From Felis catus (taxonomy: Eukaryota), in assembly GCF_018350175.1 (NCBI RefSeq), contig NC_058368.1, positions 155,560,001-155,624,000 of the forward strand: a stretch of 64,000 bases of DNA, given 5' to 3'. Below the pieces are notes generated by a model that saw only the letters and a list, made by a program, of their open reading frames with translations, did not search any database and had not been told where the DNA came from. Shown here piece by piece: positions 60,563-64,000 of the stretch. The translations under genes and the position numbers were made by a program. Position 1 is the stretch's first letter. Each line of letters begins with the position of its first letter.

Positions 60563-63500
60563 GGTAAAATCTTGAAATTAAGCTAATATGCCAACTCCCT
60601 GGACTGGTTTAACTTCAAGATTCGTTTAAAGAGTAGTCTTTAATTTGACAGGTTTGGAAAGGGGGAAGGTGGGAAGCAGGGAGTGGAACCTAGGATGGCA
60701 GCTTGTATGACCCGCTGTTCGTGGTTCGGGTGAAGCGGCTGGTTACAGTGACAGCTGGGAACTGTGAGTGCTACAGGCTTTGAAGTCAGTTCAGCTTTGA
60801 TGTCTTCCTCTCATAGTTAATCGTAAGATAGTACAGAACAGGAAAAAAATAAGACTTTCCAATACTGTCCTTGGTGTCATTGCTCAGGAAATCCTGCCAT
60901 GAAAAAAGATCAGTGTCTGTGTAAACCTTAAGTAGCACTAGTCTGCTCTTTCTTTCCGAAAAGTTTTAAATTATTGATAGGATAATTAAAATTAAAATTG
61001 TTAGTTTGGAAAAAAAATAAAATTGTTTAGGGCATGCACACGGATAAGCAAAAACATTCTTAAATTTGTGATTAGAACCTGTGATTCAATCAATAAGAAC
61101 ACACATATTCATGTGATTTGGGACTGTCACTATACTAACTACTACTTAGTTATACATATGTGGTTCCCGACCATGAGGAACTTATCAGCCAACGACTGAT
61201 AACCTTGCCTGGCAGGAACCTCAGAAATCATCTAGTCCAAGAGTGAAGTCCAGAGAAGCTAGCTTGTTTCAGAAGCAAAAGATGAAACTACCAAATACAC
61301 ACATATGTATACATAAATTAAATGACAACCAATAGCACGCAGAAATAAAGGGATAAGGGTATTTTTGAGTCTTTGGTTAGAAGAAAAATTATGATCATTT
61401 CATATTGAGGCAGAAGACTGTTCACCTAACTCCATTCATTTGTACAATACTTTTATGCATTTTGCCGTATGTAGAAACTACTGTTACTATGAAAACAGCT
61501 GGCATTTTCTTTACATCGACTCACTTTTTCTATATGCCTGACCCTAAGCAGTAATATTCATTAAATGGCTTTCACATGTTATTCATGTGAAACAGAACCC
61601 TTTCTAATACTTATTAGGATAAACAAATGACTACAAAAAGAAAAAATGGTTCATCCGTGAAGCACCATAAGTATGCATATAAAACACTAGGATGGAGGAC
61701 TCAAGGGAAAAATATATCCTAATTATTTCTTGTGATACCTAAATGAGAACTATGATTTTTAAGTCTGCATTCTTTAAGTATTTAGTTGTCCATGTGATCT
61801 GGGATCACCTGAATTTTAAATATTCTTTTCTTCAGGGTCATGTGGTTTGATGCCTCCCACCATAAAATGTTAGTTACTGGGAACTTCCCCAGTTTACTTC
61901 ATGGATAATAAATAATCTACAGTTTAAAGAAAAAAAACTATCATTATAAGTGACAGTAATTATAATCTGAGACCAAGGTAGTCACAAAAAGTTGAAAGGA
62001 AAAACATTTTCTTTTGATTCTTTCTTCATAGGGCACTCTTGCTGCCCGCCCACGGCTTAAAAAAACAAACAAACAAAATACCCCCAAGCTTTCTAGTTTT
62101 TCTAAGTCGAAAGAAACTACAGAAATCTTTCAGGAATGACTTTAATGGGAAAAAGAGAAGGATGATTAAGGTCTATGGCATTCCTCTTGTTTATGTGTTG
62201 GTATCAAGTAATGAGATGAGAAAGAATCCAAAGTCAGATACTAGAAGAGAGGGGTTAACTACACCTCATGAAAACAAAAGGTCATTCCTCTTAAATTCCT
62301 ATCCTTTAAGTGCATTTGAGTTGACTGTAAACATAAACAAAAGCCACTGGTGGGCAATTACATTTGAAGAAGTGGCCCATAAAAAGTGGAATATTCAGTA
62401 TGTATTAGAATCAGTTACACAACATCTGATTTAATAGTTAGGTTTTAAGCGTTCCTCTCATAATACATGTTAAATGATCTCGACAAATCATATTCTGTAA
62501 TGCAGCAAAATGACAATTTCATATAGTATGAGGCTGGTAGGACAAGAACATTAAAGCAAATTAATCTGTAAACCTTTATCTACATTAAAAGGTTGAAGAT
62601 CTGCAGGCATTTGTAACAAGAACTTTACAATGAATTTGCCATTCCCAAAGTCATCTCACCAGACAGGAAAGAGGAACTTGGCATGTGACCAATAAATTAT
62701 GAGAGAGCAACACCTCAGGGTTAGAGGGCACTGATGACTTCAACAAATCTCACCAGCTAGGGCACAGATTAAGCCGGGGGATAGGATGCCCTACAACCTT
62801 AACCTGCTAATACCTTTACATTCTTAAGAATGACCTCTACTCTGCTCTTTCATATTAGTTGTTAGTTACACTAATTACAGCTTAACTGGTATTGTTGGTA
62901 CCAGTTTCTCCCTCAAAAGACATGCAGAGAAAGGTTATCTCTAATAGCTTGAAATAACTTCAGCCAAATTCTGTTGTACACATTAGGAGCACTTAGCTCC
63001 AGTGTTGAATGGGTCTTTTATAGACATCAAAGGAGAGACACTAAAAGCAATGTGTGTTTGTGGATTCTATAAAGCATTTCATATAGGAAGCTGTAAAAAT
63101 AAGAACAGTAACTTCTCCTGTGACGAGAATTTCAGAATGGTTTAAAACAAGGTAGCTTATTTTTGATGTTTATTTTCAACATACAGGGGCTGGTGATTTC
63201 AAATATAAGGGGCTAGTTATATCGTAACCACACTACTGAAGTAAAAATACTTTGCCCATGAAATTCCCTCAAAATTTATGGTTTTTAGAAAAGGAATAAT
63301 GAAATTTCTATCACGATTTTTTAGAATCGTTTTAAGTTCCACATTTACACTGATGTTAACCTAACATTATATGGAACTGTGCACAGATTCCAAAGCCCAT
63401 TTATGAAGATTCAAATACCATCTGTGGAGCTGCAGTAAATTACCCTGTAACATTAATCTTTAAACCAGGCACTAAATCAGAACAGAAACATACCGAAGAG

Positions 63501-63834
63501 ATTTAAAGCAAGAGAGTCATAACTGAATTATCGAGATTAATGTAAATAGTTCCACATATAAGAGTTGCAGGTTCTCAATATTACACTGTCTTCACTTTGA
63601 ATGAAACATATAAAATTACATCCAAATCTTAAAAATGAGTTACTAATATCTAAGTGACACCAGTGGTTTTTGTACATACAACAAGAACTGAAAAGGATGG
63701 CTGAATGGTGTTGTTAATGTAAGCGTGCTCCGAATTAAGAAATACAGTAACAAAATTTATATTTTATAAAATAGATATATTAGGAAGTGACTATTAACAT
63801 TACAAAAATAAACTTAGCTTTACAAAAGGGAATC

Positions 63835-64000
63835 TTTTTAAAAAAATTTTTTTTTAACATTTATTTATTTTTGAGACAGAGAGAGACAGAGCATGAACAG
63901 GGGAGGGGAAGAGAGAGAGGGAGACACAAAATTGGAAGCAGGCTCCAGGCTCTGAGCCATCAGCCCAGAGCCCGACGGGGGGCTGGAACTCACGGACCGC
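63835..64000 (-). mobile_element. Young CanSINE, cut by the window edge
   Basis: T tail, GA tract and SINE body gcaggctccaggctctgagccatcagcccagagcccgacg. Confidence 0.95.

Noticed and set aside
62039..62434. 131-codon plus-strand ORF
   Set aside because: Non-ATG start, AT-rich composition and no recognisable domain.

Overview
AT-rich mammalian genomic DNA from a felid (cat family), not prokaryotic. The evidence is 24 tRNA-derived carnivore SINEs (CanSINE/SINEC, most with recognisable target-site duplications) and feline-type LINE-1 3' ends. Ancient eutherian repeats are also present: L1M, L2, MIR, MaLR LTRs, and Tigger2-, MER5- and MER102-like DNA transposons. I could not recognise any host protein-coding exon. 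The only ORF with a recognisable product is a dead, 5'-truncated L1 ORF2 C-terminal fragment (57246-58028), and most other listed ORFs are translations of repeats or microsatellites. The window looks like a large intron or intergenic tract. The long L1s are mostly on +, which weakly hints at a host gene on the - strand. I found no convincing new biological system. The most unusual items seen directly are molecular scars: a SINE with an internal segment replaced by a 38-nt copy of G-rich DNA from 2.15 kb away, a twin-primed L1 with a 26-nt inversion, an L1-in-L1 insertion with a possible short 3' transduction, and a direct-plus-inverted micro-expansion in an old L1. Repeat-poor, CpG-retaining blocks may be conserved regulatory elements. 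Repeat subfamily names come from memory of consensus sequences, and the boundaries of ancient repeats are approximate.
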